The position numbers were made by a program, and so were the translations under genes. Shown here in pieces: positions 27,409 to 37,705 of a stretch of DNA of 64,000 bases; position 1 is the first letter of the stretch, and every line of letters begins with the position of its first letter. The stretch comes from Bacteroidia bacterium (lineage in GTDB: Bacteria > Bacteroidota > Bacteroidia > Bacteroidales > VadinHA17), in assembly GCA_026391215.1 (NCBI GenBank), contig JAPLDX010000060.1:32001-96000 (forward strand), given 5' to 3'. Below the pieces are notes generated by a model, which saw nothing but the letters and a program-made list of their open reading frames with translations, did not search any database and was not told the origin of the DNA.

Positions 27409-30400
27409 TTACCTTATATGCTTCCTGATTCTCTCGAAAAGATCATGAGGCTTGAAAGGTTTCAGAACGTAGTCGTTGATCTTCAGCTCGTCAATCTTAT
27501 CGTGATTTTCAGACATTATTGCTGCAGTTAGAGCTACGATTGGAATATTGTTAATCCTTGGATCATTTGATTTTCTTATGATCCGGGTGGCTTCAATCCC
27601 ATCCATTACCGGCATGTGAAGATCCATCAGGATAAGGTCAAAATCTTCTTTGGCCAGTGCATCAAGTGCCAGTTGCCCGTTTTCGGCAAGCGTGGTTGTT
27701 ACTCCCCATCCCGTGAGGAACTTATTGACCACAAAGAAGTTGATCTTATTATCCTCTGCAACAAGTATGTGTTTGCCTTCAAGACCGATAAATAATTCTT
27801 TTACATCCCTGGCTTTTGCTGCTTCACCTTTACCTGAAATTCCAAAGGCAAGAGTAAATGTAAAAGTTGATCCGTTATCAGGATCGCTTTCCAACCTGAT
27901 CGTACCACCCTGAAGGTCAATGAGTTTTTTGCATATAGCCAGACCAAGTCCCGTTCCTCCATAGTGCCTGGTAGTATCCGGAGAAGCCTGGGTGAAGCTC
28001 TCAAATATAGAGTCATGCTTTTCCTTGGGTATGCCTATGCCTGTATCTGCAACAGAAAATTCCAGTTTAGCCTGGGCGGCATTTCTTTCCAGCTCCCTGA
28101 TAGTGACAGTTATGCCTCCCTGGTTTGTGAATTTCAGGGCATTTGAAAGGAGGTTTGAAAGTATCTGGTTAAGCCTGATCTGATCACCGATAACCTCTTC
28201 CGGAAGCGAACCTTCCCTTTTTATTACGAAATCAATGTGTTTAGCCTTCGACCTGAATGAATAAGATCTCATTATTTCTTCAAGAAAGTCGTTCAGGTTG
28301 AACAAAGTCTGTTCAAAGACTATCTTGCCGGATTCCATCTTGTTATAATCAAGCACATCGTTGACCAGGGTAAGAAGATGGTTGCCGGAGAAACGCAATG
28401 TTTTAATATAATCCATCTGATCCTCTCTCGGCTGGCCCTGAAGAAGAAGATTGGTTATGCCGATGACTTCATTCAGAGGGGTTCTAATCTCATGGCTCAT
28501 GGTTGACATGAAGATCTGCTTGGATTGAGCCGCTTCTTCAGCTTTCTGTCTGGCAGTTATAAGGTTGTCAAGCATCATTCTGCGCTGAATGGCTATAGCG
28601 ATCTGGTTTGCAATAAAATCGAGGACATACAGGTCATCAGGTGAGAACTTATTTTCATTGAAGTAATCCTGGAGACACATCACGCCAATAATATTGTCTT
28701 CTACTTTAAGAGGGACACCCATCCAGACCTTGCAGTCTGTGCCGACAAGTTCAATATCTCCTGATGCTTCAAGCTGTTTAAGATCGTTTTCCCTGAGGAG
28801 CACTGATTTATCATTTTTTATTACCCAGCCTGTAATGGTATTCTTGATCGGTATCTCCTGAAAATCGTCCTTCTCATCCGCAAAAAACGGCAGAGAGAGA
28901 GTTTCAGATGCCTTGTCATACAGCGCTATAAAGAAATTATTGGTATCCCATATTTTGCTCAGCTCCTTTACAATCGTTGGATAAATTTCCTTGATGTCCA
29001 TCTGTTTCAGGGCTGCTGTAGAGATATTGTAAAGTATTTCCTGGAGAAGTATGTTTTTCCTTTCAGTGGTTATGTCCCTGTATATGCCGATTATGGCAAC
29101 AGGTTCATTATTGACTAAAATAGGAGTTCCAACCAGGGAAACATTTATCCTGTTACCGGATTTATCTCTTCTTATTGTTTGTCTTGTAACCTTGTTTTTA
29201 TTTCCAGTGATGGTTTCTATTCCGATGGCTTCCTCTTTCAGATCATCCGGAACAACCAGTTCATCAATATTCTGGCTTATTGCCTCTTCCTGTGTATAAC
29301 CGAAAAGGTTAGTGAACTCCTTGTTGATAATTGAAATTACGTTATTGACATCAGTGATCGCTATCGCTTCGGGAGTTGAATCAATCAAACGCTCAAGAAA
29401 AGCTTTTTCCCTGATGATCTGTTGCTCATATTTTTTGTGTCTGGAGAGATCCATGATAGTACCCCTGTAACCCATTTTCTTTCCTTCATGGAATATTCCG
29501 AATGAATGAGTCACTAAAGGAAGAAATGATCCATCCTTTCTTCTGACAAGATATTCATGGCTGGAAACCTCATTAGGTGAACTTATTCCAATGAGATTTG
29601 CAACCATTTTCTTGTAGTCTTCAGGAAAGAGTTCTGAGATAGGAGGTTTCTTTTTCAGCTCCTCTCTGGTAATTCCAAACAAATCCAATCCCAGTTTATT
29701 GCCATAAGTCACCCTCCCGTTCAGGTCAATCTCATAAACTACCACGGGAAGCATCTCAGCAAAGGTCTGGAACAAAGCTGCCTGTTTGTCTATATCGACC
29801 CTTCTCTTCTGCTGATGGCCAGGTTCCCAGGTAATAACAATATTCCCGGAGGTGAGAAGAAATCCCATATAATATCCTTCTGTGTCATCTCCTGCCTGTG
29901 ATGCCGCCAGCTTAAAAGATTCTCCTGTTACATGGATATAATGCAATAGCTCAACAAGTTTCTCATTCCCGGCCAGGGATGTATCATCGACGCATTTTCC
30001 GCAGATCTCGTTCCTGTCTATGAATTCAACTTCCTCAACTTTCCTGTTAACATCGATAATGTAGAATCTCTCATTGTCACCTATGCTGAATAGAGCGAGA
30101 TAGCTGCTGACAGTATTGAAAATCTCCTCCAAAACAGGTCCCTGGCTCTCCCTGATCATGATGTTCTTTCTCGTGCTTATCGGGGAGTATACAGTCATGA
30201 GAAACACCTCATTCTCAAGCTGAATACGACTTGCAGAAAACAGGAAAGGCTTTTCCTCTCCGCTTTTTGTCCTGAGTATAATGACAAAATCCTTTATTTT
30301 TTGAAGCCTGGATAAGAGCTTGATGTATTTATTGCTTTCTTCAATATCAGCAAATAGCCCGATATCATCAGATGTACGACCTATAACCTCCTCCTTGGTA

Positions 30401-30618
30401 TAGCCAAGAACCACCAGAAAACTGGAATTGATATCAAGGAACTTGCCGGTTTCCAGTATTGTCAGAGCCATCGGATTAGGAGCGGAATGAAAAGCTTTAA
30501 ATATCAAGTCATCGTGCGAAGTTTTCTTTCCTTCCATTTCCAAACGAAGCTTGTCAATCTCCTTCTCAAGCTTCCTGTTTACCTTCTCAAGATCCTTGTA
30601 TTTCTCTTTATAATCCAT
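27409..30618 (-). CDS. Cytoplasmic hybrid sensor histidine kinase (PAS x3-4, GAF, HisKA, HATPase, receiver)
   Basis: MSHEIRTPLN, NLLSNALKFT, DTGIGI, GGTGLGL, ILMDLHMPVMDG, KPF; no TM segments. Confidence 0.93.
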   Translation of the reverse strand: MDYKEKYKDLEKVNRKLEKEIDKLRLEMEGKKTSHDDLIFKAFHSAPNPMALTILETGKFLDINSSFLVVLGYTKEEVIGRTSDDIGLFADIEESNKYIKLLSRLQKIKDFVIILRTKSGEEKPFLFSASRIQLENEVFLMTVYSPISTRKNIMIRESQGPVLEEIFNTVSSYLALFSIGDNERFYIIDVNRKVEEVEFIDRNEICGKCVDDTSLAGNEKLVELLHYIHVTGESFKLAASQAGDDTEGYYMGFLLTSGNIVITWEPGHQQKRRVDIDKQAALFQTFAEMLPVVVYEIDLNGRVTYGNKLGLDLFGITREELKKKPPISELFPEDYKKMVANLIGISSPNEVSSHEYLVRRKDGSFLPLVTHSFGIFHEGKKMGYRGTIMDLSRHKKYEQQIIREKAFLERLIDSTPEAIAITDVNNVISIINKEFTNLFGYTQEEAISQNIDELVVPDDLKEEAIGIETITGNKNKVTRQTIRRDKSGNRINVSLVGTPILVNNEPVAIIGIYRDITTERKNILLQEILYNISTAALKQMDIKEIYPTIVKELSKIWDTNNFFIALYDKASETLSLPFFADEKDDFQEIPIKNTITGWVIKNDKSVLLRENDLKQLEASGDIELVGTDCKVWMGVPLKVEDNIIGVMCLQDYFNENKFSPDDLYVLDFIANQIAIAIQRRMMLDNLITARQKAEEAAQSKQIFMSTMSHEIRTPLNEVIGITNLLLQGQPREDQMDYIKTLRFSGNHLLTLVNDVLDYNKMESGKIVFEQTLFNLNDFLEEIMRSYSFRSKAKHIDFVIKREGSLPEEVIGDQIRLNQILSNLLSNALKFTNQGGITVTIRELERNAAQAKLEFSVADTGIGIPKEKHDSIFESFTQASPDTTRHYGGTGLGLAICKKLIDLQGGTIRLESDPDNGSTFTFTLAFGISGKGEAAKARDVKELFIGLEGKHILVAEDNKINFFVVNKFLTGWGVTTTLAENGQLALDALAKEDFDLILMDLHMPVMDGIEATRIIRKSNDPRINNIPIVALTAAIMSENHDKIDELKINDYVLKPFKPHDLFERIRKHIR

Positions 30619-30702
30619 TTGAGATCTGTATGTACTATCCCGGGTTAAAAATAACAAAAAATGACCAGTCTAACTTATTTATTGAAGCATTCCATAATGA
30701 TT

Positions 30703-31350
30703 TTATTTCTTTTTATTCATATCAGTATAATATTTACAAAAACCTGTTATTCCACACTGGCTGCACAATGGATTCCTGGCTTTGCAGACATACCTTCCAT
30801 GCAGTAAAAGCCAGTGATGAGCCTTGTGTATAAGCTCAACAGGTATATTCTTTGTCAGCTGATCCTCTGCTTGCTCCGGTGTTTTAGCATTCCTGGTAAG
30901 ACCAATTCTCCCTGAGACCCTGAAAACATGTGTATCTACTGCCATTACAGGCTTCTTAAATACAACCGATGAAACAACATTGGCAGTTTTTCTTCCGACA
31001 CCCGGAAGTCTCTGCAGCATAGCCGGATCGGAAGGCATCTGGCCTTTAAATTCTCCGATAAGCATTTTCGACATTCCTGAAAGATACCTGGCCTTGCTGT
31101 TCGGATAAGAACATGACCTGATATATGAGAAAATCTCTGATTGCTCTGCTTTTGCCATGGATTTTGCATCAGGGAATTTTTTCATCAGGGCAGGTGTTAT
31201 CATATTGACTCTCTTATCAGTGCATTGTGCCGAAAGAATGACAGCAACAATAAGTTCAAACGGATCCTGGTATTCAAGCTCAGTCTCAGCTTCCGGCATG
31301 CTGATACTGAAATATTCAATTGTTTTTCTGTATCTATCCTTTAAAGTCAT
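30703..31350 (-). CDS. nth: Endonuclease III
   Basis: LSAQCTDKRVN, LPGVGRKTANV, VDTHVFRV, CKARNPLCSQCGITGFC. Confidence 0.96.
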   Translation of the reverse strand: MTLKDRYRKTIEYFSISMPEAETELEYQDPFELIVAVILSAQCTDKRVNMITPALMKKFPDAKSMAKAEQSEIFSYIRSCSYPNSKARYLSGMSKMLIGEFKGQMPSDPAMLQRLPGVGRKTANVVSSVVFKKPVMAVDTHVFRVSGRIGLTRNAKTPEQAEDQLTKNIPVELIHKAHHWLLLHGRYVCKARNPLCSQCGITGFCKYYTDMNKKK

Positions 31351-31472
31351 TGTAAAAGGCTTATAATGGGGCTGGAAAGTTAAGGATTTTTATCTTTGTA
31401 TAATGATCGGTGTACGGTGTCCTTAAATTTCACAGGGATTTTATAGCTTTAACCGGCTTTATACTTTATAGT

Positions 31473-32510
31473 TTGGAACAAATAGTCATAAATACTCCTG
31501 GTGCCGTTTCAAATATTTTTGTCGGCGCAGCCTGGGAAACCACCTGGCAACATCTTCCGGAAGATGGTGTCGTAATAGTTACTGATAATAATGTTTATGA
31601 TCTTTATAGAGGAAAGTTCCCCGGATTCCCGGTCCTGAAAATCATCCCGGGGGAGGAGAGCAAGAGCCTGAAAGTTGTTGAGAAGCTTTCCGACAAGCTT
31701 TTGAAAACAGGTGTCGGACGTTCAGGATTTATCCTGGCAATAGGAGGGGGCGTGGTTTGCGATATAGCAGGATTTCTTGCCTCTGTTTTTATGAGAGGAA
31801 TACGCTGTGGCTATATTTCAACAAGCCTCCTTTCTCAGGTAGATGCAAGCACAGGAGGGAAAAACGGAGTCAACCTGGGAAAAATAAAAAATGTGATAGG
31901 GAATTTCAGACAGCCCGAGTTCGTTATATGCGACACTTCAATGCTGAAAACCCTTCCTGAAAAGGAGTATCTGTCAGGACTGGCCGAACTGATAAAGACC
32001 GGTCTGATAGGTGATCCATCAATTATTGCTTCGCTTGAAAATAAATATCAGGAAGTTATTTCGAGGAATAATGAATTTCTTTCAGACCTTGTTGCAAGGG
32101 CAGTGAGGTTTAAAGCATCAATAGTATCTCAGGATGAAAAGGAGAGTGGTGCAAGAAGGATATTGAATTTTGGCCATACCTTCGGACATGCCATAGAGCT
32201 TGTTGAATCAGCGAAACATGGATTTGCTGTTGCATCAGGTATGAAACTGGCAACACTTTTCTCACAGGAAAAAGGATATATCAGCGGTGCCGAGAGCAGC
32301 CGGATTATCAGCCTTCTGGAAAAATATAATCTTCTCGGGGAGTATCATCTTACAGTCGATAAAATGAGGGACCTTGTGATCCATGACAAGAAAAGGTCAG
32401 GTACAGATATCCATTTTGTATTCCTTGAAAGTATTGGTAACGGGATTGTGAGAAAAATTCCTGTTGACGAGGTTATTGAATTTTACAGGCACAATAACAC
32501 AGACAAATAA
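31473..32510 (+). CDS. aroB: 3-dehydroquinate synthase (start uncertain, TTG at 31473)
   Basis: GEESKS, AIGGGVVCD, QVDASTGGKNGVN, LNFGHTFGHAIE, HGFAVA, DKK. Confidence 0.93.
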   Translation: MEQIVINTPGAVSNIFVGAAWETTWQHLPEDGVVIVTDNNVYDLYRGKFPGFPVLKIIPGEESKSLKVVEKLSDKLLKTGVGRSGFILAIGGGVVCDIAGFLASVFMRGIRCGYISTSLLSQVDASTGGKNGVNLGKIKNVIGNFRQPEFVICDTSMLKTLPEKEYLSGLAELIKTGLIGDPSIIASLENKYQEVISRNNEFLSDLVARAVRFKASIVSQDEKESGARRILNFGHTFGHAIELVESAKHGFAVASGMKLATLFSQEKGYISGAESSRIISLLEKYNLLGEYHLTVDKMRDLVIHDKKRSGTDIHFVFLESIGNGIVRKIPVDEVIEFYRHNNTDK

Positions 32511-32517
32511 AACAATT

Positions 32518-33513
32518 ATGAATTCTTATGGAGTCGTATTCAAAGTATCTGTTTTTGGAGAATCGCATGGAGCTGCAATAGGAGTGACAATCGACGGATG
32601 TCCTCCGGGGATAACAATCAAACCTGAGGATTTCATTACTGATCTGGGAAGAAGACAAAGCGGAATCAAGGGAACGACCGCACGCAGGGAACCTGACTTG
32701 CCGGAGATCCTCAGCGGAGTTTTCAACGGATTCTCTGCTGGAACGCCCCTGACCGTTATCACAAGAAATAAAGATGCCGACTCAGCTGCCTACACTGCTT
32801 TTACGGACGTACCCCGTCCCGGCCATGCTGATTTCACTTCGAAAATGAAATACTCAGGATTTGCTGATTATAGGGGGAGCGGACATTTTTCAGGCAGGAT
32901 CACCTGGGGTCTTGTAGTTGCCGGAGTAATTGCAAAAAAATTGTGCAGTACATCACGGATAGATGCGAAACTCATTTCGGCAGGAGGTTCAGATGATATT
33001 GAAAGCGCTGTAAATAAGGCAATCGCTGAAAATGATTCTATCGGAGGAGTAATTGAATGTACAGTCAAGAACCCTCCATTGGCAATCGGAGAACCCTTCT
33101 TTTACTCCTTCGAATCAGCCGTCAGCCACCTGATATTTTCAATCCCGGCAGTTAAAGGTATTGAATTTGGCTCCGGGTTTGCATCAGCAACTATGAAAGG
33201 ATCTGAACACAATGATCCTTTCATTGATGAAAAAGGAAAGACATCAACCAATAATGCCGGGGGCATAAACGGAGGCATTACTAATGGGAACGAAATCATA
33301 TTCAGGGTCGTTGTTAAACCAACTTCCTCAACAGGAGTTGAACAGAAAACCTTCAATTTTAAAAACAAGGAAATGCAATCCCTTAAAGTTGAGGGACGTC
33401 ATGATACATGCATTGCGTTACGTATTCCTGTGATAGTTGAAGCCGTCGCCGCTATTGCGATAGCCGACCTTATGATGATTGACAGGGGGATTTACGGGAA
33501 CAGGAAGAAATAG
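32518..33513 (+). CDS. aroC: Chorismate synthase
   Basis: FGESHG, PRPGHAD, FSGRIT, NNAGGINGGITNG, KPTSS, GRHDTC. Confidence 0.96.
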   Translation: MNSYGVVFKVSVFGESHGAAIGVTIDGCPPGITIKPEDFITDLGRRQSGIKGTTARREPDLPEILSGVFNGFSAGTPLTVITRNKDADSAAYTAFTDVPRPGHADFTSKMKYSGFADYRGSGHFSGRITWGLVVAGVIAKKLCSTSRIDAKLISAGGSDDIESAVNKAIAENDSIGGVIECTVKNPPLAIGEPFFYSFESAVSHLIFSIPAVKGIEFGSGFASATMKGSEHNDPFIDEKGKTSTNNAGGINGGITNGNEIIFRVVVKPTSSTGVEQKTFNFKNKEMQSLKVEGRHDTCIALRIPVIVEAVAAIAIADLMMIDRGIYGNRKK

Positions 33514-33527
33514 TCATGCGGTACTTT

Positions 33528-33639
33528 TCGTTTGATCGTTTGATCGTTTGATCGTTTGATCGTTCGTTCGAACCTTCGAACCTTCGAACCATCGAACCAT
33601 CGAACCATCAAACCCTCATACCATTAAACCGTTGAGCCT
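33528..33639. repeat. Inverted array of 8-bp tandem repeats between convergent aroC and tilS
   Basis: 4 x TCGTTTGA, TCGTTCGT, 5 x TCGAACC(T/A), then four degenerate units running into tilS. Confidence 0.9.
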
Positions 33640-34954
33640 TTATTATCAGCGCTTTTGTGGACTGTTTTGTAATCCTGAACCTGTCATCAATTCTTTCACC
33701 GATGATCCAGACAATTTTCCCGTTTGATTCCAGAATGTATGCTTCTTCCTTTTCAGGAATTGAATATTTAAGGTCTGTAAAATAATCACTGAGCTTCTTC
33801 TTCTTCTTTTTCATACCCAGTGGGTAGAACAAATCCCCCGGCTTCCATATTCGTATTATCAGGGGGAAAGAGATCTTTGCATAATCCAGGCATGCGGTTC
33901 CCTGATCCGCAGGAATCTTAAAATTGCCTGGGATGCTCAAAATGCGTGCTGAACCAATAAATGAGACCTTTCTTAGTTCAGCTATGCTCCTTATTTCAAA
34001 GGATTCAGCTTCCTTTTCCGACCGGCAGGAAATTATCAGTTCATTCCTGTTCTTAATGATCCTGTGTGTACCCGTGAATATCTGCCCTCCGCTTCTGCCG
34101 TCAATGATATTTCTCAGATCTTTCAGCAGAGTGTTTGTTATCCCATAAGGTTTTGTAAGCTCATAAAGGATACTTGTATTATTGATATATGGTCGCAGCT
34201 TGTAGGTATTAATAATAATACTGCTATCTTTTTCATCAGAGATGGATTTCCTCAGTTTGTCAATAAAAGTGGCGACAATTTCATTTATACCACTGAGTCT
34301 TTCTGCAGTCTCATTCAGTGTAGTCTCGATGGAAGGGTTGATCTCCTTAAGCACGGGTAGAACAAGGTGCCTGATCTTATTGCGGGTATACTTTGTTTCA
34401 GCATTGGATTTATCTTCCCGGAATTTGATCCTGTAATTCCCGGAGTAAGCTTCAATTGAAGCTCTGGTTGCAAAGAGCAATGGTCTGATGATCCGGTTCC
34501 CGGAAGGTTTTATGCCGGTAAGTCCTGTTATTCCTGTTCCCCTGATCAAATTGATGAGGAGAGTTTCAATATTGTCATTGAGATTATGGGCAATGGCTGT
34601 TGAAGTATATCCGTTCTTATTCATTATTTCTTCAAACCACCTGTATCTCAATTCCCTGGCAGCCATCTGAATTGAGATCCCATTTCCGGCCGCATATCCT
34701 TTTGTATCAAATCGTTTTGAGAAAAACTGAATACCATGATCAGCTGTAAATTTTCTCACAAGCTCTTCATCTTTATCAGCTTCCCTTCCGCGCAAACAGA
34801 AATTGCAGTGAGCGATACCTGTTTCAATGCCTGCCCTGATAAACAAATCTGACATCACCATCGAGTCAATGCCGCCGCTGACAGCCATCAACACCCTGTC
34901 GCCTTTTTTGACCATCTGGTTTTCTTCAATATATTTCAGGAAATTGTTTAGCAT
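33608..34954 (-). CDS. tilS: tRNA(Ile)-lysidine synthase
   Basis: AVSGGIDSMV, AHCNF, ARELRY, AHNLND, IIRPLL, RNKIRH, KKLSDYF. Confidence 0.95.
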   Translation of the reverse strand: MLNNFLKYIEENQMVKKGDRVLMAVSGGIDSMVMSDLFIRAGIETGIAHCNFCLRGREADKDEELVRKFTADHGIQFFSKRFDTKGYAAGNGISIQMAARELRYRWFEEIMNKNGYTSTAIAHNLNDNIETLLINLIRGTGITGLTGIKPSGNRIIRPLLFATRASIEAYSGNYRIKFREDKSNAETKYTRNKIRHLVLPVLKEINPSIETTLNETAERLSGINEIVATFIDKLRKSISDEKDSSIIINTYKLRPYINNTSILYELTKPYGITNTLLKDLRNIIDGRSGGQIFTGTHRIIKNRNELIISCRSEKEAESFEIRSIAELRKVSFIGSARILSIPGNFKIPADQGTACLDYAKISFPLIIRIWKPGDLFYPLGMKKKKKKLSDYFTDLKYSIPEKEEAYILESNGKIVWIIGERIDDRFRITKQSTKALIIKAQRFNGMRV

Positions 34955-34972
34955 AATGATACTTCAGTGTAT

Positions 34973-36913
34973 TTATTCGTAAGGCAATAATGAAGGAGGT
35001 CCGGGATCGAAATTATCCGGTTTGAGGAGTTGCTCTCCGGAAACCAGTATATGGTTTACACTGGAATACTCTGGCAGGTTTGGGAAATAACCAAGCCTGA
35101 TCTGCAGGGTATTGAAAACAAGATTATCATTACGGATCCTTATACCCAGCCCGATGCTGGATAATACTTCTCCCTGCTGCACGAATTCATTGGTTCCGAA
35201 TAAGAATCCAAGGTCTGCAAATCCAAAGAACGCAAACCTGAAGCCATACAGGTTAACCGGGCTGAAAAGTACCGATTCCAGGTTAACTGCCAGCCTTTGC
35301 CTGCCTCCAACCGAGTCGTTTCTAAATCCAGTAAATCCATCTTCACGATTAAATGCCAGGTATTCATCATGATATCTGTCAAATCCCCTGGTATAATCCG
35401 CTTTGATAAAGTTCCTGATCCTGTATCTCCCGAGGTATAAAAGATTTGATATGAAGTTAGTTCTCAGCAATAAAAGTCCCTGCTCGGTAAGTCCGTCATT
35501 TAAAAAAGCAGATATGCCTGCAGAAGTATAAAAATAACCTATGCTTTTAATGGATTGTCCCAGTGAGAGTTCAGCTCCTGTATATATCCTTTCCTTGAAT
35601 TCATTAAACTCTTTTCCGACAGTTATATTTATTAATCCGCCATAGGGAACATCCTCGGTTCGGCCATATCCGTATATCAGATTGGTTTTATAATATTTCT
35701 GAAAAGTAAATGCTGCTGAACCCAGGAGCATACTGTATTTCTGGAGCTTATGGTATGAGTCAGGCAGTATGAAGGGGTGGTTAAATACATCGTTGTTTGT
35801 AAGACGGGCACCGAGAATCAGTCTTGAAACGGACTCTTTATTTAACAGGAAGGAGCGTAGAAACCAATAATCCTGGAGATTATATTTTAAAGGGGCAGGT
35901 ACAGCGAGTGAATCAAGATCCTCAGTTGTGTACATTTTACTTACCGAAATGCCAAAAGCATACTTAGTTGAGGAGCTTACGAGTTTGCGTTCCAGGTTAA
36001 AACCATAATTTTTTTCACCGAGACCATCGAAATAAAACAGGTCAAGGTTGGTAAATGACCGGGCAATATTATCAACTTTATATTCCACACCAAAGCCTGG
36101 TGAATCATGCAGATCAGAATCATAAGGCACACTGACCCTGAATTCATGGCCCATGCCGAAAATATTTTTGTCGAAGAGAGATGCAGATCCTTTTTTAAGA
36201 CTGCTGTATTTGTATGAGCCCCCGAGAGAGTAAATATCTTCTGTCAAGACTATTATATCAACCTCTTCATCAGAGACAGGCACTACAATGATCCTTGAAT
36301 CATCTATATAAGGCAATTGTCTCAGGATCCTTTCATTGTCGCTGAGAATCAGGGGAGAAAGAGTGTCACCTTCAGAGAACAGAAGGTTTTTACGGATTAT
36401 ATGCTCATTTGTATTAATATGAGTTGAGTTTAAAAACTTCTCAATCTTATTAGGATTTGAAGAAACAGGATTGCTGATGCTGGATCCGAAAACGTCAAGC
36501 CTGCTGACTTCAATTTTCCTGATTTTCCTGTCTTTGTACATTACATAACTGGCATCGCTTGATCCGGTTATCTCTTTTTTTGTGGCTGGTTCGCGTGATA
36601 CAATGAGCAAGTCGTACAATTTTTTTGTTATCAGCTTCCTGGACGCTTTGACTTTCAGGGAGTCGTAAAACAGAGGTGTTCTGTCATTTTTTAATATGCC
36701 GGTAGGTAACGGAGAATCAGGGATATTAAAAAGGGTATCAGAAAGGAAGAATAATCTGATCTCCCTGATGTTCACCACTTCATCGGGATTTGCATGCAGG
36801 AGAGTATCCTGATCTGATGGAATTTGTGCGAGAAGATGGCTGTTAAAACACAGAAATGCCAGTAAAAAAAGAGGCCCGACGGATCTTCTGTATTTTTCAC
36901 TTGACCGTAACAT
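34973..36913 (-). CDS. Outer membrane beta-barrel protein with POTRA-like domain (BamA/TamA-like)
   Basis: Signal peptide, IIRKNLLFSEGD..SDNERILRQLPYI POTRA-like segment, C-terminal amphipathic strands (FFGFADLG, GLGIRIRN). Confidence 0.7.
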   Translation of the reverse strand: MLRSSEKYRRSVGPLFLLAFLCFNSHLLAQIPSDQDTLLHANPDEVVNIREIRLFFLSDTLFNIPDSPLPTGILKNDRTPLFYDSLKVKASRKLITKKLYDLLIVSREPATKKEITGSSDASYVMYKDRKIRKIEVSRLDVFGSSISNPVSSNPNKIEKFLNSTHINTNEHIIRKNLLFSEGDTLSPLILSDNERILRQLPYIDDSRIIVVPVSDEEVDIIVLTEDIYSLGGSYKYSSLKKGSASLFDKNIFGMGHEFRVSVPYDSDLHDSPGFGVEYKVDNIARSFTNLDLFYFDGLGEKNYGFNLERKLVSSSTKYAFGISVSKMYTTEDLDSLAVPAPLKYNLQDYWFLRSFLLNKESVSRLILGARLTNNDVFNHPFILPDSYHKLQKYSMLLGSAAFTFQKYYKTNLIYGYGRTEDVPYGGLINITVGKEFNEFKERIYTGAELSLGQSIKSIGYFYTSAGISAFLNDGLTEQGLLLLRTNFISNLLYLGRYRIRNFIKADYTRGFDRYHDEYLAFNREDGFTGFRNDSVGGRQRLAVNLESVLFSPVNLYGFRFAFFGFADLGFLFGTNEFVQQGEVLSSIGLGIRIRNDNLVFNTLQIRLGYFPNLPEYSSVNHILVSGEQLLKPDNFDPGPPSLLPYE

Positions 36914-37623
36914 CAGGTTTCACGGGAGTTTTTTTCGAGCACATCATCTGAATTGAACTGGAATCCCAGTCGTTTGCCGGTTATTACCCTTGAATGCTGG
37001 ATCTTTGCTTCAGCCTGACCCACTGTGGCAATTTTCACAGTATCATACGGAGGTACCAGAAGGTCAAATTCAAGAGAATACTGAATGGCTGTCGAGATTA
37101 TTAATTGCAAAGCTTCCTTGCTTATTGCCTCATTCCCGTAATTGGTGAAAAGCATTCCCATCTGCCTTTTGCCTTCTACAAGGTACTGGTTTTCATGGTT
37201 AATGAAGATTCTTGCTATCAGGTATCCCAGGTCATCCTGCCTGGAGTACTTGAATGAATCAAAGAGAAAGTTGTATATGTTGATTATTCCTGAATATGCA
37301 TTGTATTTATTCTTCTGAATATATGCAGTCTTCCATGCAGGGTGCTCCCTATCGAACTGGAATATATTTGAATGCATGCTGAAAAACAGAATATCCCCGG
37401 CTACCTTCAGTTGTGCATCAAAATTGCTCCTGTCGGTATATTCCAGTCGTATCCTTGGGTCAATATTTCCGATGTTGGCATTCGTCTCTTTTGCCAGGTT
37501 TTTAAGTATATCCTTGACACCACAAAATGCTTCAAGTGTATTGTCATAAACCTTCTGCTTAAGAACGGATTTCTCTTTCAGCGTACTGATAATCATCTGT
37601 TTCTTCTCGTTGAGATCGGACAT
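36913..37623 (-). CDS. Conserved hypothetical protein
   Basis: Long ORF with 1-bp stop/start overlap to the downstream OMP gene; MHSNIFQF, YLIARIFIN, EGKRQ motifs. Confidence 0.75.
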   Translation of the reverse strand: MSDLNEKKQMIISTLKEKSVLKQKVYDNTLEAFCGVKDILKNLAKETNANIGNIDPRIRLEYTDRSNFDAQLKVAGDILFFSMHSNIFQFDREHPAWKTAYIQKNKYNAYSGIINIYNFLFDSFKYSRQDDLGYLIARIFINHENQYLVEGKRQMGMLFTNYGNEAISKEALQLIISTAIQYSLEFDLLVPPYDTVKIATVGQAEAKIQHSRVITGKRLGFQFNSDDVLEKNSRET

Positions 37624-37705
37624 GGGGTATCTGTTTAAAGCGTCTAATTTACAAAAATTACCCAAGAAAATAAATCCCTGGAGTTCCAGTTAACATTCTC
37701 TGCCT

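Noticed and set aside
33793-33812. (CTT)n run encoding poly-Lys in tilS as a phase-variable tract
   Set aside because: In-frame trinucleotide run in a naturally Lys-rich motif of an essential gene; at most one extra codon
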